Positions 25,188 through 35,775 of a DNA stretch of 64,000 nt are shown here, piece by piece (positions within the stretch are counted from its first letter, which is position 1; the number at the start of each line of letters is the position of its first letter). The notes under the pieces were generated by a model. The model worked only from the letters and a program-made list of their open reading frames with translations. It was not told the origin of the DNA and did not search any database. Origin of the DNA: Fistulifera solaris (taxonomy: Eukaryota); contig AP026127.1 of the NCBI GenBank assembly GCA_030295235.1, forward strand, positions 682,001-746,000. The letters are read 5' to 3'. A program made the position numbers and the translations under genes.

Positions 25188-25700
25188 TCATTGAGATTTC
25201 TTGGATGAATTCGTTTGAGTAGGCGTAGCGGTCGCCGTCGTCCACAGCAACCAGAGAGGAATCGCCAAGTACGGGAAATACAAACTGGTCAAGAGCACAC
25301 GTTCCGTAAAACTTGCCACATGTTCCGATGCCCAAAATGATGTCAAGATCGGCACCAACGTCGTCGACGTGTGCGCTCCGTAGGCGATACATGCGGACCG
25401 AAAGCCATCGGGATACGTCGACCGGTCAGATTGACTGAGATAATAGACTGCGACACAGAAGAAGGGTAACTGAAAGCATAATTCTAGAACCACAAAGGAC
25501 TGAAACCACAACAGGTTGCGAGCATTGCCCATGAGAGGATCGTTGAATGTGGCGACTTCGAATTCTCCCAAATCGATCAAAAATTGAGGGAAGAAGGAGA
25601 GAGGAATGACGGCTTGCCCATCCAAGCAAATGGTGAAGATAATGTGCGAAGCAAAGAATCCGAGGAGTATCAGACGAGTTGTGCCGGTGAATGCTTCCAT
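25188..25700 (-). CDS. EXPERA-domain membrane protein (TMEM97/sigma-2-receptor-like)
   Basis: FNDPLM, WFQSFVVLELCFQLPF, YGAHTSTT, YFPYLAIP; 4 TMs and C-terminal KKxx. Confidence 0.85.
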   Translation of the reverse strand: MEAFTGTTRLILLGFFASHIIFTICLDGQAVIPLSFFPQFLIDLGEFEVATFNDPLMGNARNLLWFQSFVVLELCFQLPFFCVAVYYLSQSDRSTYPDGFRSACIAYGAHTSTTLVPILTSFWASEHVASFTERVLLTSLYFPYLAIPLWLLWTTATATPTQTNSSKKSQ

Positions 25701-26079
25701 GGTGTGCGTCGATTGCTTTTGTAAAAGACTTGAATCGCCGAGAAAATGTATGAAGACCGGAAAAGAAGATAAGGATATTTATGATACCTGGTACGATAAG
25801 CTAGTCTATTTGCTATAGTCTATCTTTGTATTATTCATTCGTCTTTGGTTGCAATGCGTCGGGGCAAAAAAAAATGCTGTGGGCGACGAGTGCGGATCGT
25901 CCGTCGTCGGATTTACTAAGGACAGCTCCTTGCGATACTAAGGGGAGAAACAAACTTGATGGCTTTATCTCAAAGCTCCTACCAAACAGAACGCCTGATC
26001 ACAAGAGTGAAAAACTAGAAGAGCGACTACGTATGCGGTGCAAAGACCGGTGGCCACTCTATACGGAGTACATGCATTT

Positions 26080-27201
26080 TTAAAAGAAAACGCGCTGCTT
26101 AATCTGAATGCGACCACGACAGATAGGACATTCGGTGCTGACCGATGCAACACATGCATCACAAAGGCAAAGGTGTCCGCACGGGATCAAAACCTGACAC
26201 GATCGCCGGCTGTGACAAACGACACACTTCGATACAGTAAAATCGGCATTCTCCTTCCAGCGTTGAAAGCCGTCCACCTGGTCACTCGAAACTTCCACCA
26301 CTCCACCTTCTCCAAGACCGTTAAACCTATCCACCACAAAGAGACTTTTTCGTGTGCCACTTGTGAGACACGTGACACCATGAAGGACCTGTCTCGGATG
26401 CTGGACTAGCGATCCCGCGGGCCGTTCCAACACATGGAGAACATCGTTGACAAAAAAGACAAGACGCCCCCCTACATACTCCGACGGATCATTTAAGGCA
26501 ATTTGCGATGTCCTGGTGGCATAGCCGCCGTCACAGTGAAAGTTGATGCAGGCATTGGTCGGACCTTTTGTCATACGAAGAGCCACTTTGGACCCACCTC
26601 CACTTTGTCGAAAAGTTCTTTGAAGCTTGGTTAGTACGGAATTGGGTGTATCTTCTTGAAGAAAGGGCTCAAGAAGTTGTTCAAACTGCTCATCTGGGAC
26701 TACGAGGCGCATATCAACTCGATTGGGCGCATCATCAGTCTCAGTTGCTTCCCACATATAATCGAGGAAGCTACAGATGAGCTCGCATTGATCTGCGGTC
26801 AAAATTCCAGCATTTTCTTGATAGCGAAAGGTGCTATATGGATCCGCTCCTTCACGTGCAGCTTTCTCGCGAAGTAGATCCAGAGGGACAGGTTCATTAG
26901 CACGTTGTTCGTCCGTCAGCATCAGATAGCGAATCAAGGGGTTAGAAGGGTCGTTGTAAGTGAAGGTGCTGATCATTCCACGCAACCTCAAAGCCAGATG
27001 AAGGGTTGATTTTGCCCTGATTTTGTAGGCGGCAAATGTGCGTCCATCTTCAAGTTGCATTCCTGCAAAAATGAGACGTTGTTGGTCTTCGGGGACTCCT
27101 TCCCTTTCGGCTAGCAGTCTCTTCGCCGTTTCAATAGTATCACGCGATTTTACGGAGATGGCAACTGTCTTGCCTATTAATGTCTTCACATAGATCTGCA
27201 T
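26080..27201 (-). CDS. Ubiquitin-like + 2OG-Fe(II) dioxygenase + C3HC4 RING fusion protein
   Basis: MQIYVKTL...QQRLIFAG...[44 protein letters not shown]. Confidence 0.85.
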   Translation of the reverse strand: MQIYVKTLIGKTVAISVKSRDTIETAKRLLAEREGVPEDQQRLIFAGMQLEDGRTFAAYKIRAKSTLHLALRLRGMISTFTYNDPSNPLIRYLMLTDEQRANEPVPLDLLREKAAREGADPYSTFRYQENAGILTADQCELICSFLDYMWEATETDDAPNRVDMRLVVPDEQFEQLLEPFLQEDTPNSVLTKLQRTFRQSGGGSKVALRMTKGPTNACINFHCDGGYATRTSQIALNDPSEYVGGRLVFFVNDVLHVLERPAGSLVQHPRQVLHGVTCLTSGTRKSLFVVDRFNGLGEGGVVEVSSDQVDGFQRWKENADFTVSKCVVCHSRRSCQVLIPCGHLCLCDACVASVSTECPICRGRIQIKQRVFF

Positions 27202-27381
27202 GTTTTGCAAATAAAGCTTTTTATTGCAATACCTGGTACACCGAGAGTTTTGTGTTGCTTCGATCGATGCTTGTTGCTTTTTTCTAAGCAAAAGTGTGAG
27301 GAAACTGGCGTATACCCGCGTGCGTTACATTAGTACCCAGTTAGTCTGTCCATCTGCAGCAATAAAACAGTGACACATACT

Positions 27382-29225
27382 TACAGAAATTCTGTGATAG
27401 TCCCGAAATTCTGGACCATTGGTTTCGATCCTATCGAGATGCTGTGCACGTTCCAAAACTTCTGGACAAGGTGTTTGGGATCATAACGAAAGCGAGTGGG
27501 CGTCCTAGAAAATCTGGACACGGTGTTTTCGTTCATATCGAAAGAAAGAGCATTTTCCAGAAATTCTGGAATTGCTATTACTACGTATTTCTCATCATTC
27601 ATCATACAGAATTTCTGTGATGGTCCAGAAATTCTGGACCATTGGTTTCCATCCTATCGAGATGCTGTGCACGTTCCAAAACTTCTGGACAAAGTGTTTG
27701 GGATCATAACGAAAGTGAGTGGGCGTCCTAGAAAATCTGGACACGGTGTTTTCGTTCATATCGAAAGAAAGAGCATTTTCCAGAAATTCTGGAATTGCTA
27801 TTACTACGTATTTCTCATCATTCATCATACAGAATTTCTGTGATAGTCCAGAAATTCTGGACCATTGGTTTCCATCCTATCGAGATGCTGTGCACGTTCC
27901 AAAACTTCTGGACAAAGTGTTTGGGATCATAACGAAAGCGAGTGGGCGTCCTAGAAAATCTGGACACGGTGTTTTCGTTCATATCGAAAGAAAGAGCATT
28001 TTCCAGAAATTCTGGAATTGCTATTACTACGTATTTCTCATCATTCATCATACAGAATTTCTGTGATGGTCCAGAAATTCTGGACCATTGGTTTCCATCC
28101 TATCGAGATGCTGTGCACGTTCCAAAACTTCTGGACGAGGTGTTTGGGATCATAACGAAAGCGAGTGGGCGTCCTAGAAAATCTGGACACGGTGTTTTCG
28201 TTCATATCGAAAGAAAGAGCATTTTCCAGAAATTCTGGAATTGCTATTACTACGTATTTCTCATCATTCATCATACAGAATTTCTGTGATAGTCCCGAAA
28301 TTCTGGACCATTGGTTTCCATCCTATCGAGATGCTGTGCACGTTCCAAAACTTCTGGACGAGGTGTTTGGGATCATAACGAAAGCGAGTGGGCGTCCTAG
28401 AAAATCTGGACACGGTGTTTTCGTTCATATCGAAAGAAAGAGCATTTTCCAGAAATTCTGGAATTGCTATTACTACGTATTTCTCATCATTCATCATACA
28501 GAATTTCTGTGATGGTCCAGAAATTCTGGACCATTGGTTTCCATCCTATCGAGATGCTGTGCACGTTCCAAAACTTCTGGACAAAGTGTTTGGGATCATA
28601 ACGAAAGTGAGTGGGCGTCCTAGAAAATCTGGACACGGTGTTTTCGTTCATATCGAAAGAAAGAGCATTTTCCAGAAATTCTGGAATTGCTATTACTACG
28701 TATTTCTCATCATTCATCATACAGAAATTCTGTGATGGTCCAGAAATTCTGGACCATTGGTTTCCATCCTATCGAGATGCTGCGCACGTTCCAAAACTTC
28801 CGGTTTGGGACCATAACGAAAGCGAGTGGGCGTCCTAGAAAATCTGGACACGGTGTTTTCGTTCATATCGAAAGAAAGAGCATTTTCCAGAAATTCTGGA
28901 ATTGCTATTACTACGTATTTCTCATCATTCATCATACAGAAATTCTGTGATAGTCCAGAAATTCTGGACCATTGGTTTCCATCCTATCGAGATGCTGTGC
29001 ACGTCCCAGAATTTCTGGAAACGATGTTTGAGATCTTTAATCTTAACGAAAGAAAGTGGGAATTTCAGAAATTCTGGAAACTGTAGAATACGTTCCAGAA
29101 ATTCTGGACAACAACTTATTTCCTATCACACAGGAATTCTGTGGTGTTTCAGAAGTTCTGGACAATAAATAATTTTGTCATAATATCAAACAGAAATTCT
29201 GTGGTTTCCAGAAATTCTGGACCGT
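27382..29225. repeat. Tandem satellite, 223-bp unit, ~7.4 copies, plus a 3' tail of further 15-bp palindromes
   Basis: Units start at ~27382, 27605, 27828, 28051, 28274, 28497, 28720 (8-bp deletion) and 28935. Each intact unit has five tccagaaattctgga-like palindromes. Confidence 0.97.
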
Positions 29226-29360
29226 GCAGTTTTTTCCGCACACAATCCAACCGCAAAACGCATACCGGTACCCTATAGACATTAGGTAATCGTAACCTTC
29301 AATTGAAACTATGAGCATTCAAACATATCGAGGTGGAAAGAAGTTACCAGGTAGAGTAAC

Positions 29361-30020
29361 ATGTTAAGCAATACTTTACGTCAAATACAGCGCCAAAGCG
29401 TTCGTGCTTTCAGTTCCGAGACAAAAATCTGGAATGTTTACCTTTCGGGTGAGTCGAGTCTTTTCTGCCAGCACGTCTTTGCCGAAGCACGCAACTCACG
29501 TCTACGCCTCTCTGCCAACCTCAGGAGAGATTCATTCCGACTGGAGAAATGTCATTGCGGAAGGAGTACAAAGAAGAATTTGCCCGTACGACTCTCTTCA
29601 CCGAACCTCAATCATGAAGACAGTGACGATTGCGGTGCCATCATTCTTGGTATGCAAGAAGAGCGTCCCAACTGGGATCGATTGGGAGCGAAAATGAACG
29701 ATATTCGTACCAAGACTTTGCTTTCGCAAGCTGATATTGTTGTGGTGTGCTTTGGAGAAAAATACCGACAATGGAATGCCGCATTCGATGCCGGCTATGC
29801 GGCCGCTCTGGGCAAACCTTTGATTACGTTGCATCCACCGGAAATTTCGCATATGCTCAAAGAAGTCAATGCTTCTGCTAATGTCGTTTGTGAAGAACCG
29901 GAGCAAGTAGTACAAACACTGGCTTATGTTATTCTGGGAGAGTTACCTTCAACACCCAAAGATGGAGATCGTTTTATTCCCATCGCCGATCGACTCGGCA
30001 AGGGAAATCCGAATCCGTAA
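29361..30020 (+). CDS. ytoQ: YtoQ-family protein with mitochondrial-type presequence; intron 29449-29524, frameshift near 29571
   Basis: VYLSGEIHSDWR, HEDSDDCG, FGEKYRQWNAAFDAGYAAALGKPLI, HMLKEV. Confidence 0.85.
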   Translation: MLSNTLRQIQRQSVRAFSSETKIWNVYLSGESSLFCQHVFAEARNSRLRLSANLRRDSFRLEKCHCGRSTKKNLPVRLSSPNLNHEDSDDCGAIILGMQEERPNWDRLGAKMNDIRTKTLLSQADIVVVCFGEKYRQWNAAFDAGYAAALGKPLITLHPPEISHMLKEVNASANVVCEEPEQVVQTLAYVILGELPSTPKDGDRFIPIADRLGKGNPNP

Positions 30021-30057
30021 ACGCCACAATAATATACATGCAATCAAGATCACCTTA

Positions 30058-31283
30058 TTATATGATCTCCATCCAGTCATCTCCCTCGCCAACTTCATCA
30101 TGTTGACTCTCCAAGATTCGAGCCAACCAATCGGAAAAGAAATCCATCCCCAACCAGTTGAGTGCTTCTAATTCTACTTTATACTGTCGCATCTGACGAA
30201 GTTCTTCAATACGCCTCTCGGGATCTTCTGCTGTAGCAATCCACCCGTGAGTTCCGCTAAGTAGATGTCCTTCCAATCGCTGCTCGTCCACTTCCGTCAA
30301 TTCTTGAAAGACCTGCCTCGGCAAGGCTCTGCCCTCTCGTTCGAGCTGTTGTATTTGACACGGTCGCAGTCCAATCCACTTCATCGAAACGCCCACATTG
30401 CTACTACGACGGCTTTCTTGATAATTGTGCAATACCATGACCCCGAACGGATTACTATCACACACTCCGTAGACCGGCAAACGAAGTACTCGATGCAAAT
30501 GATGGACGCAAGCACGCGTTGCCAAGTCAGGAAAGCCACGACCCGTCACAATGACACACGGATACCGCTCGAAAAAGCGATCTTCCGACAAGCGTTTGTA
30601 AATGCCTTCTTTTCAACGACCAGAATGCATTTTGCCGCGACCGTGGATATATCAAAGTTCAAACGCTGACCCAACCATTCACTGCCGATGGTCGCACCCT
30701 GTATGGATTGCAGGTGCCGTCCATCCAAGACGCAAACGCCATCTTGTAGTAATTGCACATCACCCGTCCACCATCCCCGCGGCGATGCGTGTAATCCCAA
30801 GGCATGTCGAGGTACCCCCAACAGCTCGGCCGCGTCCCAAATGGCGGCGCAGCATTCCTTTGGAGAAGAGTAGAGGCATGGCAACGCATAATATTGCCAT
30901 TGTGAGCGATGTAGAATGTGCACAGCAAACAAAGACACGACAAACCACTGCTACGGTTCTAAACTCACCTTGTGCGAACGAAAATGCGTGACATAAAAAT
31001 AGTAAACTTCACGTGTGGTGGTAGTACGGTTCGCTAGCAAAAGAGCGTGGCAATAGGAGAGCACTAACACAATGTTGGTGAAAGAGCGACATTGATTCCA
31101 TTGACCGAATGCTTTGGCGATACCGTTTCCTTCCAGTGCGGGGAGTCGATTTTCATCCAATTGATTCACTATATCATGAATCAAACTTTCAATTCGTGAG
31201 ATTACAGTCTCGGGTGTAACATCTTCTTCCAATTCTTCTTCATGATTGTCGTTCAATGACGCATCGTCGACTTCGTTCGCCAT
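30058..31283 (-). CDS. SPO11: Spo11/Topo VIA family, SPO11-2 type; intron 30858-30968, frameshift near 30612
   Basis: TREVYY catalytic Tyr motif; ILVVEK(E)..RLSEDRFF..TGRGFPDLATR; DSNPFG (DxN as in SPO11-2); KVELEAL. Confidence 0.9.
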
Positions 31284-32004
31284 TTCCGTAATCGTTTGCG
31301 GGACTGGGCGCTGCTTGTTACGGGTCGATTGAAGTGATTGCTATTTCTCTTAATGGATGCCTCGCTATTTGTTTGACGAAAGTGAGCAAGAAATTCAATA
31401 CATTGACAAATAATGATAGTTATCTGAGAGAATAAAAACGACGGATGCATACTCCATGGACGAGAAAATCATTTTTGTTGAGCGATGTTTTTTGTGTTGT
31501 CGTTTTTCGGGTCACGTTCCGACACCTACACGAGTTACAATCTATGAGCTCTCGTGAATCGTTTTGTCGACACGGCCAAACTAATGATCTATCAGTCGGA
31601 AATGTCAGCAGTTAATTAATTCTGATGTAAAAGACAGCAACGATAATATCATCTGCTGCCCAGATAAATGTATTTTAGTGATACAGCGCAGGAGTAAGTC
31701 TACTCGAGTGTCTCCTGTCTTGAGATTAAAAACAGCAATAAAGACATGTGAGTTTACAGAAACAAAAGGAAAGTGTTACGATTCACGTGATGTACAAGTC
31801 CATAAAGAAAGACAAAGTACTCGATAGGTGTTTCGAACAGGTTGATTCTTCTCGCATACCAATTTGTGCACCAGAGACATAAGAAGCGCAACCTTTCGGC
31901 CGTCGACACTGGCTGGGATGCAAAGTATGCTGACTACAACGCTCCACAGAAAGCTTGCTTACCATGAGAAAAAGAACGCCACTGGTCGAAATCAGATATC
32001 AAAA

Positions 32005-32247
32005 TCACGTGTGGTTGTGTTGACAATATCCTCCGCACTCCTTGCAGTAATTTTGACACATGCTGTGACAATCGAGATCATCAAATTCGTAAGGAGGAGC
32101 AAACGCAATGGCCGATGCCGCCAGTGCCGTTCCCACAAACATGAGTCCCAGAGGAGTGTGCGTGACGGGGGCGTGCACGGGATGATGAAGCGTCGCAAAC
32201 CCGTGAGCATCCACGGGGAGTTTGCGGAGTACGTTGCTAAAGATCAT
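32005..32247 (-). CDS. Small hypothetical protein with one TM and a Cys/His-rich tail
   Basis: 80-aa ATG ORF with a hydrophobic segment and CxxxCxxxCxxCxxxC; no family recognised. Confidence 0.35.
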   Translation of the reverse strand: MIFSNVLRKLPVDAHGFATLHHPVHAPVTHTPLGLMFVGTALAASAIAFAPPYEFDDLDCHSMCQNYCKECGGYCQHNHT

Positions 32248-32820
32248 GGTCCGATGCAGAATGTCTTAAAGATTCTTTTCTTTTGATAGCGGTTGTTGAT
32301 ATTCGTTTCAAATATTTTGTGTGCGATCACCAGCTCTCTTTGCGAGCGCCGCTAGACACACGACGGTGCCGACGAAATTCGTGTCACCGAAAACTCAAGG
32401 TTCGCATCATTACTGCAGTGTGGAATACACATCACCCGAGTCTTGTTCTCGTTCTCATTATTTGGAAAAGAATCTGGACAAGAACTATGCCCTTTCACGA
32501 TACGCCTTCTGCTTTCATCCAGATGCGAACCGCTCTGCTGTCAAAAACTGCAGCCATATAAAAAAAACATCACAATATGAGCGGTCGACGGTCATGCATT
32601 GACGCGGTCGCTGAGTCACAAAAATTCGTGATCTTCTCATTACGCCACAGTGAACTTTCTGTCTTTCTGAGACACGAAGCACTTAACCTTACCGTGTATT
32701 TGTCCCGACGCGCTTTTTTTTCAAAAAGCGATGCGCGAACGACGAACGACCATGGCGAAAACGCATTAAAACAAAAACAGAATCATCGTTTCTTGACTTT
32801 CTTTGTATATCTCATCAAAC

Positions 32821-33757
32821 ATGTCGAGCGGTGACGAAACATACTTAGAAGCATTTGTGGAGAGTCTCACAACACTGCCGTATCAAGTGCGGCGGAATTT
32901 AGAACTAGTGCAAGATCTCGATCGATCGTATCAAAGTGATTTGGCCAAGCTGCAAGAGCTGTACACTGCTTATTTACAGCAAGCGGAAGAAAAGGTGCTA
33001 CAGTTAGAAGTAGCACCGATGGAGGCTGGGAAAGGAGTCCGCGTCATACGGAAAGAAGATGCCGAAAATGCACCCATCATCATTCCCACCACGGCCGAAC
33101 TCATGAACTACACGTACGACGCGGACGCTATGCGTCAAATTGAAGCACTACAAGCCGATTGCTTGCAAAAGGCAGATGAAAAGGTTTGTGTGGCAAAGCA
33201 GGCATACGAATGGATTGACGCGGTAGTGGAGCGACTTGACGATGATTTGCAAACGCTTTCGAAACTATTGCAAGCGCAGGGAGAATTTCAACAAGAAGAG
33301 GTAGCGCAACCGAACGACTTAGCCGCGTGTCAAGTGGGAACCGAATGGATTCTGGCCAAGGTGTTGGAGTTTGATACTGCTACGAGAACCTATAAACTGA
33401 TCGATGAAGATGTCGAAAGCCATAAAGGTACGATTGCATCACAGCTGAATATGTATTGTCAATCGCTTTCTCCGCACTTAACTCTCCCTTCCCCTTTCTC
33501 TCCCAGTCTTTCATTTACCAGAAGATCAGGTCGTCATCCTTAGATGTTTGGATCGTCTGAGCAAAGGAGACACGGTGTTTGCCGTGTATCCGGACACGAC
33601 TTCGTTTTATCAAGCCACCGTTGTACAAGTCCCACGGAAAACAGCCGGTCAGAGTTCGCCGTTCGTCATCGTCAGCTTTATGGATGATTCCGACGAGTTT
33701 GGTGTGACTCACGACAAGGCAGTTCAGTTGCAACATATCATGGTGCCTCCGAAGTAG
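32821..33757 (+). CDS. ING N-terminal domain fused to SGF29-type tandem Tudor; intron 33428-33506
   Basis: YLEAFVESLTTLPYQVRRNL and ADEKVCVAKQAYEWID..RLDDDL (ING-N). WILAKV..DED and VFAVYPDTTSFYQATV..FMDD (SGF29). Confidence 0.85.
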
Positions 33758-34170
33758 TGTACCTCCAACAACCACGTCATTTTCACGTAACCAAGGCTGA
33801 GATGTTACTGAAAGAGTGCCGCCTGCATAAAATGTATCATCTAATTTCGATAGTGGCCGTCCAACTTCATACTTGATACATAGTATCGTTCGGATCGCTG
33901 CTATAGTTTGGAGTTGAATGAATATACTCGGCAGCCTGGAAGTGCGTTATCCCATCCTCCTTTGCAAATTACTCTACCAATAGGGGCATTCTATCGTAGT
34001 ATAAACTAATTCGGACTTGATGCCAAATATCTAATCACTACATTGACTTCGGCTATGGATGGATAAAGTAGTTGATAATGAAATTTCTAAAATCGATGCT
34101 CGTGTACAAACAAAGAAAGATATTTGCTCCTGCAGATGAGGCTCGGAAAGTGCTCCTGTAAAAGGCTTCT

Positions 34171-35138
34171 TTATACGATAACACCCGTCACAGCAACGAG
34201 CACGGCAACCGACGGCACGGCCAATCGCTTGGCCGAACTACTCGCACCGGCGCCACCATCCGTGTCGACACCACACACGTTCGGTGAGCAGGGTCGCTCC
34301 TCGCGGAAGGAACCCACGCACGGTGCACCATTTTCCGAAGGCTTGGGATTGTCGCACACCCGAAATCGGGATTGAGTGTTTTCACAGCAGGTGTTGTATT
34401 CGGTCCATTCACCCCATCCTCCGTTGACGACGACTTCACCTTCACTACCACCCGATGTGGGTTCTTCACCGCCGGAAGTCGGGGCGGTTGGTTCACTTGG
34501 AGTGGGTGCCGTCGGGTCACCCATGCACACGCCAAAGTCGTCCGCCGCAAATTGAGTGGAGCAACATTGTTCTCGGGTTTCAAAGAGAGTCTGATTCTCG
34601 ATAGACAATGGAATTTCACAAGCACCCGTGGCCACATTCGCGAAATAACACTCGGTGGATCCATCAGTTCGTTCACACGGAATGGATTCGGTGGCCTCTC
34701 CTACACACAAATTGGCATTGACCGACAAACAAGTTCGAGAGCGTGTATTGGCCAGGTTGCAGCAAGGCGTATATTCGGACCATTCCGACCATCCATCGCT
34801 GCCGCATTGATCATTCTCGCAAGTGAAGGGCAATTCCGAGGGACCCGCGCAGAAAGCTCCTCCTCCCGCTGGTTCTGGATTGTTGCAAACGCGGACCCTT
34901 TTATGAACCCTCCACAACATATGCCGTCATCTACCCAGTCGGACCATCCTCCATTTACGGCCTATTGCCATCAAAAATTTGAGACAGATGAGGTGGAAAG
35001 TACATTTTTACGGGGACACCTCACAATACACGCCGCAAGAAAACAAAGAAAACACACGATACTCTTGAGGCGACAGACACAACTTACCACCTGTGCTGAG
35101 ATAGAAGCACATCCGGTAATTAGCAAAAGTAGCTTCAT
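34171..35138 (-). CDS. Secreted/surface protein with three thrombospondin type-1 repeats, a Cys-rich module and a C-terminal hydrophobic (GPI-like) tail; intron 34962-35087, frameshift near 34900
   Basis: Signal peptide MKLLLLITG; VNGGWSDW..R.R.CNNP, GWSEW..RSRTC, VNGGWGEW..RFRVCDNP. Confidence 0.85.
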
Positions 35139-35775
35139 TCGAACACCGTTTCTATTTCTCAAGTTGATGCTAATTGTTGACGATGAAACGTTAATCGCTT
35201 TCCTGTTCTAAATCGATATCAATGGAGGTGTTCCTTGAACGGTGTTGTTGTTGATGAGGAAGGCATTCGTGTCATAATAAGTTCAAACGATCTTACATCT
35301 CAATGTCCACCGTTCCGTCGGACTGCGTAAGCCAACGGAGAATAGGACGAATTTTATTGGCATTTTGGCAAGCAAACTTGGTCGAGGATCCAGGATTTGT
35401 GTCCGGATTTTCAATAGTATAAAACATGATTCGTATATGTCTGAATACCGAAGTTCCGGATACATACACTTCCTATTTTCCGTTGAAGTCTAAATGATAT
35501 TTTTTGTATGGAATTTGGAGGGAGAAAAGCGCTTGGCGCCAAACGCCAAACGAAAACGCTCGTAAAGGGGTGAACTGCGGACTTCCCCTGCCCTCATTCA
35601 TGATATTCATGATTGAAAAGGGACGTGAAGTAATGATGTGCATAATCTTTTACAGAGCAGCCTTTAGTTTTAAACTGACGCTGATCCGTCGAAAATGTAA
35701 ATATCAAAGAATAGCATAGAGCTCAAATTCGATAATTAATACGGAATATGTTTTACAAGAAGTACTTCATTTTTT

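Noticed and set aside
27381..29168. Repeated 77/115-aa ORFs (likewise the ORFs at 5006-5984 and 52801-53335)
   Set aside because: By-products of the tandem DNA repeats. The unit lengths mostly do not preserve frame and no protein motifs are present.
27382..29225. Bona fide CRISPR array
   Set aside because: Eukaryotic context, no cas genes, repeats only 15 bp and degenerate, and the spacers recur with each 223-bp unit.
27382..29225. Heat-shock element clusters
   Set aside because: The motif is TTCnnGAA-n-TTCnnGAA. The GAA/TTC spacing is off by one from canonical nGAAn inverted pentamers.
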